Below, in pieces: positions 32,439 through 43,329 of a DNA stretch of 64,000 nt. How positions within the stretch are numbered: the first letter of the stretch is position 1; every line of letters begins with the position of its first letter. The stretch covers positions 96,001 through 160,000 of the IMG/VR virus record IMGVR_UViG_3300044856_000241, one strand, 5' to 3'. A program made the position numbers and the translations under genes. The DNA is from a virus (lineage: Duplodnaviria; Caudoviricetes). Under the pieces are notes generated by a model. It was not told the origin of the DNA and searched no databases. It worked only from the letters and a program-made list of their open reading frames with translations.

Positions 32439-33248
32439 TTAAAAGTATATACAACGGGATATACTTTCTATATTTAGTATATACATAAGTATATCCATTG
32501 TCAACATTTTTTTAATTTCTAACAAATTCCGTTCTCTCTGAACTCAGCAAGCAATCCGTATCGTTTGCCCAATGTTCTGAAATAACTCTGCCAATACCCA
32601 AGTTCCATCCAGGAATAATTGTGATTTTTAAAATCAAGCTGCCATTCGATAGCCTGATTTCTAAGTTCCTGTTTCCGTTTTTGATATGTATTCATTTACA
32701 TCAGCCATCCTTTTCTACAATAATTCAGTCAATACTTCCATTCGTTCGTGCTTAAAACCAATACACGCAAGTGTTTGAGCAATTCTTTCCGCATATCCTT
32801 GATGATTCTGTGCAAATGCCAGCTTCATACATTTTTCAACAATATTATCCATGGATTCAGCTTTATCAAATTCCTCTTTTGCATTTTCAGCATTTCTAAT
32901 AGCTTCTTCCATAAGTTTTTCACATCTTGTATATTCTACTTTTGTCATACTTCCCCTCCTAATGAAATTGCTATTTCAGAATAATTTAGAGATGCCTCGG
33001 ATAAGTAAGCATCTCTAATATCGTTATTCCACTTCTATATTCTCTTACAAATTGTCCAAGATCCATCGCTCTGCAAAATCCAGAACTAACTCTGGAAAAT
33101 TACATGCATTTTCATCATAATTGAATGTATTCCCAACAAGTGTTGTCTCAATACTTTCGCTTTCTTCATAGATAATTTTGTATTTTTTTAAATTACCGAC
33201 TTCTCCTACCAATTCAATTCTTAATACGTTCATAAGTACCTTTCTTTC

Positions 33249-33644
33249 TTAAACATCTATATAAACCGTGTGGTATACCCACCATCTGCCGTTCCGTTCC
33301 ACAAATGTTGTACCGCCAGTAAATCTCTGTCCTGTACAATCATACATCGATGGTCTACATACTCTCAGTTCATTTGTATTAAACCATATTTTTGCAATTT
33401 CTAAAGTTTTCACTTCTTCCGGAAGTTGCAACAATTCAATATATTCATCACAATCAGCATGAATTATTCTACGTTCCAATTCCGCATCTTTTCTCTTGAA
33501 ATAATCACGGATGCCGCGTTTGTATGCATCTAGTAAATCCTTCGGTTTCTTCATTTTTTCTTTGTTGTATATATTATTAATTACTTTTATTGCACCGTAA
33601 TTATTTCGAACATCATTCATGTCATAACAAGGATATCTTTCCAT
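33249..33644 (-). CDS. hypothetical protein
   Basis: PSMYDCTGQ motif. Confidence 0.6.
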   Translation of the reverse strand: MERYPCYDMNDVRNNYGAIKVINNIYNKEKMKKPKDLLDAYKRGIRDYFKRKDAELERRIIHADCDEYIELLQLPEEVKTLEIAKIWFNTNELRVCRPSMYDCTGQRFTGGTTFVERNGRWWVYHTVYIDV

Positions 33645-34097
33645 TACTTACACCTCCTCAATAATCACCTCGAACAGTTCTCTTTCGTATTCACATCCGT
33701 CCATCTCCCAATCATCAATGTAAGACTCAATATCAGCATTCGCTTCTTCATGGGCTTCTTCTTCCGTTCCATAACCACCGGTTGTTCTTAACCAACCACC
33801 GTCATAGTACAATCTAACTGTATACATATTAATTATCCCTCTTCATTTTCTCTAAAATACATACTATATTTGATACACGCTTCTTTCAGTTTCCATCCAA
33901 TCCAATCTCCATAAGCCCAACATTCTTCTTCAACTTTTGGATCGTTCCAAAAATCATCGAATGCCTTTTCTGTTACTATCTTTGCTTTATCAAAATCTTC
34001 ATCATTTACTAATAAAATCAAATCCATCCACGGGTTCATATCAGAATAAAGATTGATACATCTACGTTCGTTTACCATACCAACCACTCTCCTTCAA

Positions 34098-34451
34098 TTA
34101 AGCTACTTCTTTTGATATTTTTTCGACCTCATCCATTGTAAGCTCCCTTATAATTTTCATTCGTTGTGCTAAAATCCAACTACCTCCCTGACTTTCTGGA
34201 CAACTGTAACTATCCCAATCTTCAACTTCGCACTCACACCATATTCTCTGTTCCCCATTTGCAAGCCGCATTGAAAGATGAGGTGCTATAGGGCGAAAAC
34301 AGCAGTGCCACCCTTTTCGTATCGCAAATCCCTTAGTTGGATAACATTCTGCTTTCATCCATTCGCCAATTGGCGTTGAATATGTTTTATGAATGAATAA
34401 TGGATATAAATTTCCGTCTGATAATTTCCGTAATAATTTATATGCTTTCAT
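34098..34451 (-). CDS. conserved hypothetical phage protein
   Basis: AYKL...LYPLF...GFA.R.GWHC...APHL motif. Confidence 0.65.
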   Translation of the reverse strand: MKAYKLLRKLSDGNLYPLFIHKTYSTPIGEWMKAECYPTKGFAIRKGWHCCFRPIAPHLSMRLANGEQRIWCECEVEDWDSYSCPESQGGSWILAQRMKIIRELTMDEVEKISKEVA

Positions 34452-34519
34452 ATGTATTCTCCTTTCGTAATAAAAGAGAGTAGATTTCTCTACTCCCTTA
34501 AAATAATTCTTTCAACTGG

Positions 34520-35422
34520 CTATGCAACTCTTGCGTCATTCAAAACATCATATAATGTTTCGCTTACTCCAAAATCTAAAGCAACATCTTTGATAAGTTC
34601 ATCACCCCACTTGTCACTGAAGAATCCCCAACACGAATCCTTTTCTTCCCAGTCATCACTATCTGTATCATATTCTTCTGTGATAATTCCATATACTTCG
34701 CCCTGGAGATACTGGTCGTATACCTCAACTTCTCCTTCCATCCACTGATAAGCTGCCTTTTTCCAATTTCTATCAGTAATTTTCACATAGTTTCCTTTTT
34801 CGTTTTGCAGCATTCCACCAGTTTCCATAATTGTCTTTTTATCTGTATAAATATAACCAACTTGACCAGAATCCCAACGACAACTATGACCGCAAGTGTT
34901 CATAGTAATTCCACTGTGGTCATATAAAAATAATGGCATGAATATAATCTGTGCATGTTTTTCAAGTAATTTCCATTTGTCTTTCTGTGGAAGTGCCTCA
35001 ATAATTTCATCAACAAGCCATGTTATATCTTCATATTCCTCAATGATTCCAAATTTTGCATCCTTGGAATTTCCAATTGGAAACCAATAATAAGTTCCCC
35101 ATAATTGCCACATTTTTTCATGCTTGTCATATTTTAATTCAAGACCGTTAGATGCTTTCTTTCCCTTCACATAATTAATGATTGATTTCTCTTTTACGTT
35201 ATTACGAATCAAATCGTTTAAAAAATCTTCATTGTCAGAGAAATTGTTTTCTTTATAATCACCAAGGCTATAATATCTATGCCAACACATCATTTTGCCT
35301 ATATTTCCATCCCAATCATAACGTGGATCTAATGGCTCCTCTTCCTGTTCGATATGTAATCTCATCAGTTTTCCGTCTCTTTTGTAATATTTATATTCAC
35401 TTGTCATATTAATCAACCTCAC
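34520..35422 (-). CDS. conserved hypothetical phage protein
   Basis: LYDHSGITM...WDSGQVGYIY...EVEVYDQYLQGEVYG...DSCWGF. Confidence 0.75.
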   Translation of the reverse strand: MRLINMTSEYKYYKRDGKLMRLHIEQEEEPLDPRYDWDGNIGKMMCWHRYYSLGDYKENNFSDNEDFLNDLIRNNVKEKSIINYVKGKKASNGLELKYDKHEKMWQLWGTYYWFPIGNSKDAKFGIIEEYEDITWLVDEIIEALPQKDKWKLLEKHAQIIFMPLFLYDHSGITMNTCGHSCRWDSGQVGYIYTDKKTIMETGGMLQNEKGNYVKITDRNWKKAAYQWMEGEVEVYDQYLQGEVYGIITEEYDTDSDDWEEKDSCWGFFSDKWGDELIKDVALDFGVSETLYDVLNDARVA

Positions 35423-35993
35423 TTATAAACCAACCATTCCGATTTCCTTCTTCAATTACATCATCTTCAAAATCTCTTTGACACCTTGCTATTTCATCTT
35501 CTCCAAATTCCTGTTCAAATATTTTCATTATTATCATTGAAATTGCACGACTTAAATCCAAGTCGGATGTTTTTAATGCCATTTCAAACTGCTGCCTTTC
35601 ATACGGAAAGAAAGAAATAAAACCATCATATGAACCATAATTTCTTTTTGACCATTTAAAAAACTCATCATCATATTCTGTATTTCTAAATTTTTCTATT
35701 GTTTCTTCTGGTATAATTAAATCAAATTCTATTGAATCATTCTCATAATTATAAAATTGAGGACTGTTTAAACTTGCGTTCTCTACCTTACATACTCCTA
35801 ATGATTCAATGATAGAATCTTCTGACAACATTTCATTTATTTTATCAACCCCATATAATACAATTGCATTCTTAAAATCATCAATATATTCATCTGCAAG
35901 TTGATACATAAATTCACCAAGATTAGTCCCGTACATTCCAGGTTCTATTAAATGCAAAAAATCTGTTGTCATATGTAACATCATATCAATCAA
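35409..35993 (-). CDS. hypothetical protein
   Basis: SPQFYNY..D and SYDGFISF motifs. Confidence 0.65.
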   Translation of the reverse strand: MIDMMLHMTTDFLHLIEPGMYGTNLGEFMYQLADEYIDDFKNAIVLYGVDKINEMLSEDSIIESLGVCKVENASLNSPQFYNYENDSIEFDLIIPEETIEKFRNTEYDDEFFKWSKRNYGSYDGFISFFPYERQQFEMALKTSDLDLSRAISMIIMKIFEQEFGEDEIARCQRDFEDDVIEEGNRNGWFISEVD

Positions 35994-36469
35994 CGCTCCC
36001 TTCTAATAAAATCATCGAACATATCTCTATACTGCTGTGGCAAATTGCTAATGAATACATTCATCAGTTTATTCTGATGTTCAAGTTCCTTCACTTCTCG
36101 ATCATAATTTTCCAACCGTTCATAAGTTCCTTTATCAATCATTCGGCGCATTTCGCTTCTTGTTGTACATGCCGGTTCACAATATCCTTCATAAACCATT
36201 TCGTCATCCAGATAAATCTGTTGCCACATTTTAATATCATAGCAACTATCGCTTACATACCAGACCATGTAATACTCCATTGCTTTTTCAAAAGAATCAA
36301 AATCTTTGTTCGTATACAATTCCCATGGCGCATCACCATGAGGTGCCTTAATATTTTCCGTTGCCTTTACAAACTTGTCCCATGTTTTATCATCATTAAT
36401 AAGTTCAATGTGATAATTAATCCGTAAATATTTCATGTTATCCATCAAATCATCTCCATTACATGGCAT
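35990..36469 (-). CDS. hypothetical protein
   Basis: ORF coupled to neighbours. Confidence 0.6.
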   Translation of the reverse strand: MPCNGDDLMDNMKYLRINYHIELINDDKTWDKFVKATENIKAPHGDAPWELYTNKDFDSFEKAMEYYMVWYVSDSCYDIKMWQQIYLDDEMVYEGYCEPACTTRSEMRRMIDKGTYERLENYDREVKELEHQNKLMNVFISNLPQQYRDMFDDFIRRER

Positions 36470-36893
36470 TTAATACTTTCGCCATTTGTCTGCATTTATT
36501 TGCTGCGTTTGAATATTTATCAAACATCTCCATTGCGGCAATGTGAATACCTGAAATATTATTACATCCCATCAGATAATTTTTGTTTGATATTTTCATA
36601 TCAATATCAGCAAATCTGTTTTTCATACATGCTTTCTGGATTTCTTCATCGTCATAATAGTGATGCGAATTATTAAATTTCTCTTTTTCTTTATCATGCA
36701 GTGATGATAATTCCCGGTGAGCTCGATCATAAAACATCATTTCATCTTTGTACCAGTCAAATGCCTGTTGTAATTCTGATTTCCGTGTTTTTAATTTATC
36801 TCTTGTGCCATCTGGAAACCTGAACACAACATAATCAACGCTGACGTGTTCAATATATTCTTTATCTCCATAGATGCTTATTGCTTTTCTCAT
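36459..36893 (-). CDS. hypothetical protein
   Basis: SD GAGGAG. Confidence 0.6.
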   Translation of the reverse strand: MRKAISIYGDKEYIEHVSVDYVVFRFPDGTRDKLKTRKSELQQAFDWYKDEMMFYDRAHRELSSLHDKEKEKFNNSHHYYDDEEIQKACMKNRFADIDMKISNKNYLMGCNNISGIHIAAMEMFDKYSNAANKCRQMAKVLNAM

Positions 36894-36908
36894 TTCACAT
36901 TCTCCTCT

Positions 36909-37217
36909 CTATAAACTTTTTAATTCATCATTAGAATATTTACTCCATTTACCAGTTGTCGCACCATTCATTCTTTCTTCAAAAGTTCTCTTTCGCATTC
37001 CATACATTTCTGTTGCGACTTTGTACATGTCGTATACAAGACCTTTTTTCGTATCAATAATCATAAAATCTTCTGGATTATTCACATTGTCTAATACATA
37101 TTGCATAAAATCTCTGAATGTAATTAGCTTGTTTGTGGTACACCATACAAGAATTTTGTTTTCATTTTTAGTATCTTTTGTTACAAATCTTACAAGTTGC
37201 ATTTGCATTTCCCTCAA
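36909..37217 (-). CDS. hypothetical protein
   Basis: ORF in block. Confidence 0.6.
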   Translation of the reverse strand: MREMQMQLVRFVTKDTKNENKILVWCTTNKLITFRDFMQYVLDNVNNPEDFMIIDTKKGLVYDMYKVATEMYGMRKRTFEERMNGATTGKWSKYSNDELKSL

Positions 37218-37464
37218 TTTTAATAAGGCAGATACATTTCTGTACCTGCCTTATGTATTCTCTGCGTTAAAATTACAATTTCAACGACTCCATTCACCAA
37301 CTTTATTTCCGTTTATGTCCATAATGGAACCGCTTGTATGTCCTGCCTCTAACCTCTCACAGACATCTTCTAATACTCGTTTTAATTCAATCGCTTCCCA
37401 AAATTCACTTTCATCTCCTGTATCTGGATCACAAAATGCTGCGTTTCCTGTTTTGATTTCACAT

Positions 37465-37977
37465 TTAAACATAACTTTCCACCTCATCACTTTCTAAATT
37501 TAATATCAAATCAAGTACTTTATCTCTCCATTTGATATTCTGAATTGCCTTACGCAATGTTTCTTTTTCTGGAATATCTGGCATAATATCAATTCCGTAC
37601 TCTACCAGCTGTTTTGTAGCTTCGTGGTATAATTCCTTTGACTGTGCATCAGGGCAATATCCCTTTCCTCGTGGATCTGCAATACCCGCCTTGACATATT
37701 CTGGATAACATAAGTCAATGAACCGTGGCAACTCATTGTCCAAATCCATCATATAAGTCATACTCGGCTCAAGAATCCGTTTTTGCTTTCCGTCTCCGCC
37801 TCTTTTCTCCATCATTTCTGCCACTTCTTCTGTTTCATAAAACTCGTTTTCTGAAAGAATTTTTCTTTCGATTTTTTCTGCATTCTCTTTAATTGTTTCA
37901 TATAATACTTTTGCATTGAAATAATTGCTCTTTAACTTTCCAAGCAATGCTTTATCATAATTAATCTGTGGTAACAT
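37465..37977 (-). CDS. hypothetical protein
   Basis: SD GAGGAGG. Confidence 0.65.
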   Translation of the reverse strand: MLPQINYDKALLGKLKSNYFNAKVLYETIKENAEKIERKILSENEFYETEEVAEMMEKRGGDGKQKRILEPSMTYMMDLDNELPRFIDLCYPEYVKAGIADPRGKGYCPDAQSKELYHEATKQLVEYGIDIMPDIPEKETLRKAIQNIKWRDKVLDLILNLESDEVESYV

Positions 37978-37978
37978 G

Positions 37979-38413
37979 TTATTTCCTCCTCGCTTTCATC
38001 ATTTTTTCTCTGTATTCTTTGATCTGCTCCATTGATAACCACTCAGGTTTATCTTCTAGCGAATTCCAAATCCGTTCCATTTCATCACAGATTACTTCTA
38101 CACTTCCGCCCCATAAGTGTCCCTCGTAACCATTCCCATTCCCTAAGAAATAATTGCAATCCGATCTCAATCTATCAAGCATCATATAATCAAACTCTCT
38201 TGGATGACGAATAAATGGATCATCACACTCAATCGGCTCTGTCACTCTTGTGTTTGGTTCGCCGCAAATTTCACCACATTCTGTTCTGTAAGCACCTGTA
38301 TATAGATTTAAACCATTGCGACCATCATTTTCATCGAAATATAACTTTCCATTTTCATCTTCATAGCAAGGAACTTCCATGTATCCTCCAAAACCAACAT
38401 ATTTAACTTTCAT
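37979..38413 (-). CDS. LPD11 (large polyvalent protein domain 11) protein
   Basis: YMMLDRLRSDCNYFLGNG...LW...KPEWLSMEQI. Confidence 0.7.
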   Translation of the reverse strand: MKVKYVGFGGYMEVPCYEDENGKLYFDENDGRNGLNLYTGAYRTECGEICGEPNTRVTEPIECDDPFIRHPREFDYMMLDRLRSDCNYFLGNGNGYEGHLWGGSVEVICDEMERIWNSLEDKPEWLSMEQIKEYREKMMKARRK

Positions 38414-38699
38414 ATTAGCAACCTGCCTTTCCTAATTCTTTTACTACCATGTATGCTCCATACAAAATATCTTTGCATGTAGTTGCATTGATATAACCAA
38501 TTTTTCTTTTACCATCTCTCAAAATGTGGAACTGATTACCGCTCTCGATGCTGACTTCTACCGAAATGTCGAAACCGTTTTCTCTGATTTTTTCTAAATA
38601 ACTGTCAATCATTTTGCATTTCTCTTTTTCAATGTCATCTAAATAACCGGTAACTCCGTACTGCCATTTGATATATTTTAATTCCATGATTACTCCTTC

Positions 38700-39191
38700 T
38701 TAACAATACTGTCTCTCTTTACCACGCATTATATTTTCACCTCTGAAACAATCACCGCAATATTCCCATACACCTTCAGATACTTTCTTGAATGTTGCAA
38801 ATGTGGATTTCCATTTACCGATTTTATCATCATATCTCTGTGTGCTTGGCTCACCAATCTGCGAGCAATCTCTTCTCATACAAGCCGGCGGTAAACAATC
38901 CATTAAATCGTCAACTATATCTTCTTCAACATAGTCACCAATTTCTAATGCATTAATTCCAAAATACCAAGAATTGTTATACACTGGTTTTCCGTTATAT
39001 TCTCTGCATGGTTCTAATTCTTTTCCCTTATATTCACGTTCTGTAATATAAAGTTCTTTATCAAACCACGGATACTTTGCATAATTCCGTAAATACTTTT
39101 CTGCTAATTCCTTAACTGGGAAAATTGTCGGATTTCCAGCAGATAACTCATTTCCATTGTGTTTGTATACAACCATATATCCTGTTTTCAT
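38700..39191 (-). CDS. hypothetical protein
   Basis: CLPP...QIGEP...TFATF...WEYCGDCFRG motif. Confidence 0.65.
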   Translation of the reverse strand: MKTGYMVVYKHNGNELSAGNPTIFPVKELAEKYLRNYAKYPWFDKELYITEREYKGKELEPCREYNGKPVYNNSWYFGINALEIGDYVEEDIVDDLMDCLPPACMRRDCSQIGEPSTQRYDDKIGKWKSTFATFKKVSEGVWEYCGDCFRGENIMRGKERQYC

Positions 39192-39487
39192 ATCAATTTC
39201 CATCCTTTCCAATAAAATAAGCAGATACAAGAATATTCTCTGTATCTGCTTTGGGTTTACAAATTAATTGCGTTTCCGTTATCATCATATTCAATCGGTA
39301 CAATATGAACGGCATACCCGATTTCTTTTTCTTTGTCGTAAATTTCCATCGTGCCGCTAACTGCAAATTCAAAATTGAATCGTTCATTATTTTTCTCTAC
39401 TAAGTCAACAATATAATCGACTAATTCATTCAAATTCTGCGCATCTCGTTGCTGTTTTTCAATATCTGTCATTTTTATTCACCATAC

Positions 39488-39535
39488 ATACTATATATAG
39501 TGTGTATACAATCACACAGCCACTACATATAGTTT
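39488..39535. promoter_or_regulatory. tandem NrdR boxes
   Basis: ATACTATATATAGTGT and CCACTACATATAGTTT, 32 bp apart. Confidence 0.7.
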
Positions 39536-39761
39536 TATTTTGCTTATGAAATATCTCATTCATTTACCTAACATTTTTTCAATGAATCACGTTCTTTTCT
39601 TAATCTTGCAACCTGGCTCATTAATTTTTTATTCCCATCAAGTAACACCTTTACATTATTCTGTAATGCTTTCCGTGATTGTTTCATTCTAAGCAATTCA
39701 TCTTCAAGTTGCTCAATGTAATGGTTCGCTTCTTCGAGTTCGTTATACAAAAAATCACCTC

Positions 39762-40082
39762 CTACTCTACAACAATATTTCCATACAATTCCTGATACTC
39801 AGCTAAACATTCTGGTGTTGGTTCGCCAAGCAGATCACTTCTCCTTAAACTGTATTTAGTTCGCTTTTTACCGTCGTTTCGCTCTGGGAATACTTCTTTT
39901 ACAAACACTTTCTTTTCTCTACCATTACCGGCATTGCATCCAAAACCGCCGATTGCCTTTACTAACTGGTATCTGGCTTCTTTGTATACTTCGTCAAAGT
40001 ATTCTTCCTTTACAACCACCAGTTTATCTGTAATATCATTACTCAATGGTACTGTATCTGCCTTTGTCATAAGAATTACCAT
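39762..40082 (-). CDS. hypothetical protein
   Basis: YQLVKA.GGFGC motif. Confidence 0.6.
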   Translation of the reverse strand: MVILMTKADTVPLSNDITDKLVVVKEEYFDEVYKEARYQLVKAIGGFGCNAGNGREKKVFVKEVFPERNDGKKRTKYSLRRSDLLGEPTPECLAEYQELYGNIVVE

Positions 40083-40441
40083 TTCCCTATACCTCCCGTA
40101 TACACATTATGTTTCCGTTTTCTAAATGCATGAGCCATTTTGTCCCGCAATACTGAAACACCATCACTCTCCATTCCCCGGAATACCCGGAACCGGATAC
40201 ATCTGCCTTAATATGTCCGTATCTTTTAAGTTCGTGATACTGTTCTTCTGTTGTCATACTCCGTAAATCTTCTACAAATTTTTCTCGCATATCTACTCTC
40301 CAATTTCTCCAGACCAACAATTGAATATTGGTCGGTTATCATTTTCTTTGTCAATTACTTCACACTGAAATTCAATTGCATCTCGTTTCGCTTGCTCAAG
40401 ATCATCAGTGTCTCTCAATCCTTTTGGCAGACCAAACCAGT

Positions 40442-40834
40442 CTACAAATTTGTATCTCCCGGAAATCCTAACCACTCCCTTTCATACGGCTCTAATTCGA
40501 ATTCCTCTAATTCGTACTCGATTCCCTCACCTGTCAAGCCATCTTCTTCTAATAACTCGATTGCCTTGTCTTTGAATCTTGTACACAACTCTTCCAGCCG
40601 TTCACGAGAAATATAATTCTCTTCTGTTCTTTCTCTATATAAATCAACCATGACTGCCAATCCGCCCGCTGTATCAATTGCATACCCAACAGTGCCACCC
40701 CAATCATTCCCTTCAAATTTCCGTTCCGTCTCTGGTTTTAATCCCCATACGACTGCATACTCTGGATATTTTGTTCCTCTTTTAATAAGTGCGTATCCTT
40801 TATTTTCCATAATTACTTCATAATCTAATCTCAT
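40442..40834 (-). CDS. hypothetical protein
   Basis: ORF with SD. Confidence 0.6.
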   Translation of the reverse strand: MRLDYEVIMENKGYALIKRGTKYPEYAVVWGLKPETERKFEGNDWGGTVGYAIDTAGGLAVMVDLYRERTEENYISRERLEELCTRFKDKAIELLEEDGLTGEGIEYELEEFELEPYEREWLGFPGDTNL

Positions 40835-41091
40835 TTCTTTTACCTATCCTTTCCTTATTATAATGTGTCACAAAGAACACTTACGACATTAAGTACTTTC
40901 ATCATTGCGCCGTATTCATTAAATCCTTTTACATTAACAGTTGCTGTTGTATCAAACACTTTGATAAAAATACGCTCTGCATTTTCACAGTAATCTACCG
41001 TCACACGCTTATCATCTGTGTATGCATTATTCTCGAACATCTCGTTCATATTTTTAAGCCATTTCATTTCCATAATTTATACCTGTCCTTT

Positions 41092-41286
41092 CTACATTAC
41101 TAAATCGTTTTCTTTTACAATGCGTCTTACAATTACACCCTGCACATCTCCATGAGCAGGAATTGTAATCTGGCTGTTTAGCTTTCGCCAGATTTCATGA
41201 CCACCTTTTGATCTGATTCTTTTGTAACTGTTTTTCCGTAGCATTTTTTCTACTTTATGGTACGGAACTGGATTACATTTACTCAT
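41092..41286 (-). CDS. orphan HicA-like toxin
   Basis: VEKML.KN.Y.RIRSKGGHEIW...ITIPAH. Confidence 0.7.
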   Translation of the reverse strand: MSKCNPVPYHKVEKMLRKNSYKRIRSKGGHEIWRKLNSQITIPAHGDVQGVIVRRIVKENDLVM

Positions 41287-41391
41287 GTATTCTCTCTCCT
41301 TTCGTTTGCGTTTTAATTTGCGTTTAGTGACTGCCCGTATAGCCGATAGCACAGCTTATATGTAAAAAATGGATTGTGGATTACTATGTAA

Positions 41392-42504
41392 TTATTTTGC
41401 AATCTCTTCCGCAAGAATGTCATACACTTCTGCATTACTCTTTACTGGGAAGATTTTGCTTTCGTAGTACACTGCACCTTTACAGTTAGCCAACAGTTTT
41501 TCATTTACCTTTTCAATTCCAAAATTTGAATACAATTTCTTGATTGTCTGGAAGTTTCTCAAGATAAATGCACTCTTATCAGAACCAGACCAATGAAGCT
41601 TTTTCATCAGGCAAATGATATTCTCAAGCATTTCCCTGTTGTTTTCAGTCAATCTCATTATTGCTGAAGACGGTGTTACTTTGCCTACCGGATTATCAAG
41701 TAAATGATTTTCAGCAGAAATCTGGATATTGTACTTTTCAAACAATTCCTTAAAGTGTACATATTCCGGAACATTTGCCTTAATTCCTGCTCTGTACATA
41801 TCGTTTGCGGTCATATTCTTTTTACCTGATTTCTGACCTAAAAAGATTCGAGCTGCTTCAAGTTCATCACAGTCCAGAACTTCAACCAGAATTTTCATCT
41901 GTTCATCAGCAGGAAGCAACAGATTCATTTTGATAACTGCGATTACTCTGTGTGCTCCATCAGCTACAAACAGCATTTCGTTTACGACATACACTTTGAT
42001 CGGATCGAACTTCGCATTTTCAAAATTCTCTGCAATCTCCGTTGTCTTTGCATTGTCTGTATCTCTCTGCCAGTCCGGAATATTAATGTATGTCGGGTTA
42101 ATCTGGATGTATTTCTTTCCTGCAAATGAAAACATTGAATTAAATGCATTCTTAATTTCTGTTTTCATTTTCTGCTCGCTGTCTTTCCGTTTGCTTTCAA
42201 TCCATTTCTGTGTCAACTCCGGAGAAGTATAACGGATAAATCCATCTTTTCTACGCAATACTGATGTGAGTTTGCCTTCTGAATCCAGAAAATTGTAATC
42301 TGTTTCAAACATTTCAATCTCACCCTGTTTAATTTTCAAAATCATACAGATCTTTTTGAGATTTTCCGGAGATGGCTCATTCCGTTCCTGCTCATAGAAA
42401 CCAATCATCGTTTCAGAGATACCTGCTTTCTTTGCAAGCTGCGCCTGAGTTAATCCGTTCTCTTTTCTAATTTCTGCTAATTTCTTTCCATTGATTTTAC
42501 ACAT
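41392..42504 (-). CDS. XRE-HTH + ParB-like domain protein
   Basis: N-terminal GLTQAQLAKKAGIS...YE; IPDWQR...FDPIKV...ADGAHR. Confidence 0.7.
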   Translation of the reverse strand: MCKINGKKLAEIRKENGLTQAQLAKKAGISETMIGFYEQERNEPSPENLKKICMILKIKQGEIEMFETDYNFLDSEGKLTSVLRRKDGFIRYTSPELTQKWIESKRKDSEQKMKTEIKNAFNSMFSFAGKKYIQINPTYINIPDWQRDTDNAKTTEIAENFENAKFDPIKVYVVNEMLFVADGAHRVIAVIKMNLLLPADEQMKILVEVLDCDELEAARIFLGQKSGKKNMTANDMYRAGIKANVPEYVHFKELFEKYNIQISAENHLLDNPVGKVTPSSAIMRLTENNREMLENIICLMKKLHWSGSDKSAFILRNFQTIKKLYSNFGIEKVNEKLLANCKGAVYYESKIFPVKSNAEVYDILAEEIAK

Positions 42505-42682
42505 AATTCATCTACCTACCTTTTCTTATTTCGTTTTTAGTTATTTTGTGTATCAAAAAAGCACCTATCATTTCTGATAGATGCTCTTGATTTGCCTATA
42601 GTTTACCCTCCACATAGCTATTCCCATGCAGAGTATTTCCGTTGTTTATTCATATATTTTAATACGCAATGTTATATTTAAA

Positions 42683-42973
42683 TTATTTCATTGGGACTAC
42701 TCTCAATGTTTTACCTAAAGAATTTAACACTTTTAAAACAGTTGATAACTGAGGATCAGTTGTTCCTTTTTCCATTCTGGAAATAACCGGCTGTTTTATT
42801 CCACTCATTTCTTCGAGTTGCTTTTGTGTAATACCACTCTCCTCTCTTGCCTTTATCATTTCGCTAATAATTGCTACACGTACATTACTTTCTTCAATTT
42901 CTTCCGGAGTAAACAATTCTTTTTCGAGTTCGTCCCAGGTTGTTCCCCTGGGACTGATTTTCTTTTTACTCAT
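42683..42973 (-). CDS. HigA-like XRE antitoxin
   Basis: GITQKQLEEMSGIKQPVISRMEKG. Confidence 0.85.
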   Translation of the reverse strand: MSKKKISPRGTTWDELEKELFTPEEIEESNVRVAIISEMIKAREESGITQKQLEEMSGIKQPVISRMEKGTTDPQLSTVLKVLNSLGKTLRVVPMK

Positions 42974-43329
42974 TCCTTTGCCCTCCTTTTTATATAATCT
43001 TTCATTCGTTTTTCAGCCTTTTTGATTTCTCTTTTTGGCGTCTTTTGTGTTTCTTTTTGGAACTGGGACAAAAATACAATGTCATTACCATCATATGTAA
43101 AAAATAAGATTCTATCCCTTAACGGTCTCAACTCCCAGATATCATCCTCTAAATGTTTTACATACGGAACTCCTAACATTGTGCCATGAATCCTAAGCAG
43201 TTTAATATAATCCTGTATTTTTTGTAATTTTACAGCATTATCTTTCCCTTTCTTAGTTTTTAAAGAAACAAGATAATCCTTTACTGGTTCCTTGCCTCTT
43301 TTGTCTTGATAAAATACTATATTGAACAT
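42970..43329 (-). CDS. RelE/HigB-like (Gp49) toxin
   Basis: PYVKHL...IWELRP...RILFF...F.K.TQKTP.REI. Confidence 0.85.
   Translation of the reverse strand: MFNIVFYQDKRGKEPVKDYLVSLKTKKGKDNAVKLQKIQDYIKLLRIHGTMLGVPYVKHLEDDIWELRPLRDRILFFTYDGNDIVFLSQFQKETQKTPKREIKKAEKRMKDYIKRRAKE

Larger units (their letters stand above)
2252..39561. repeat. dispersed junction palindrome (T)GAAA-N6-TTTC(A)
   Basis: exact copies start at 2252, 5697, 16333, 17108, 17434, 18779, 18996, 19302, 20827, 21901, 25453, 25888, 26441, 28463, 30382, 31721, 32964. Confidence 0.85.

Noticed and set aside
29615-37497. Long plus-strand ORFs (e.g. 29615..30178, 35966..36427, 36874..37497)
   Set aside because: Antisense shadows of minus-strand genes; Phe/Ser/Ile-rich with no SD
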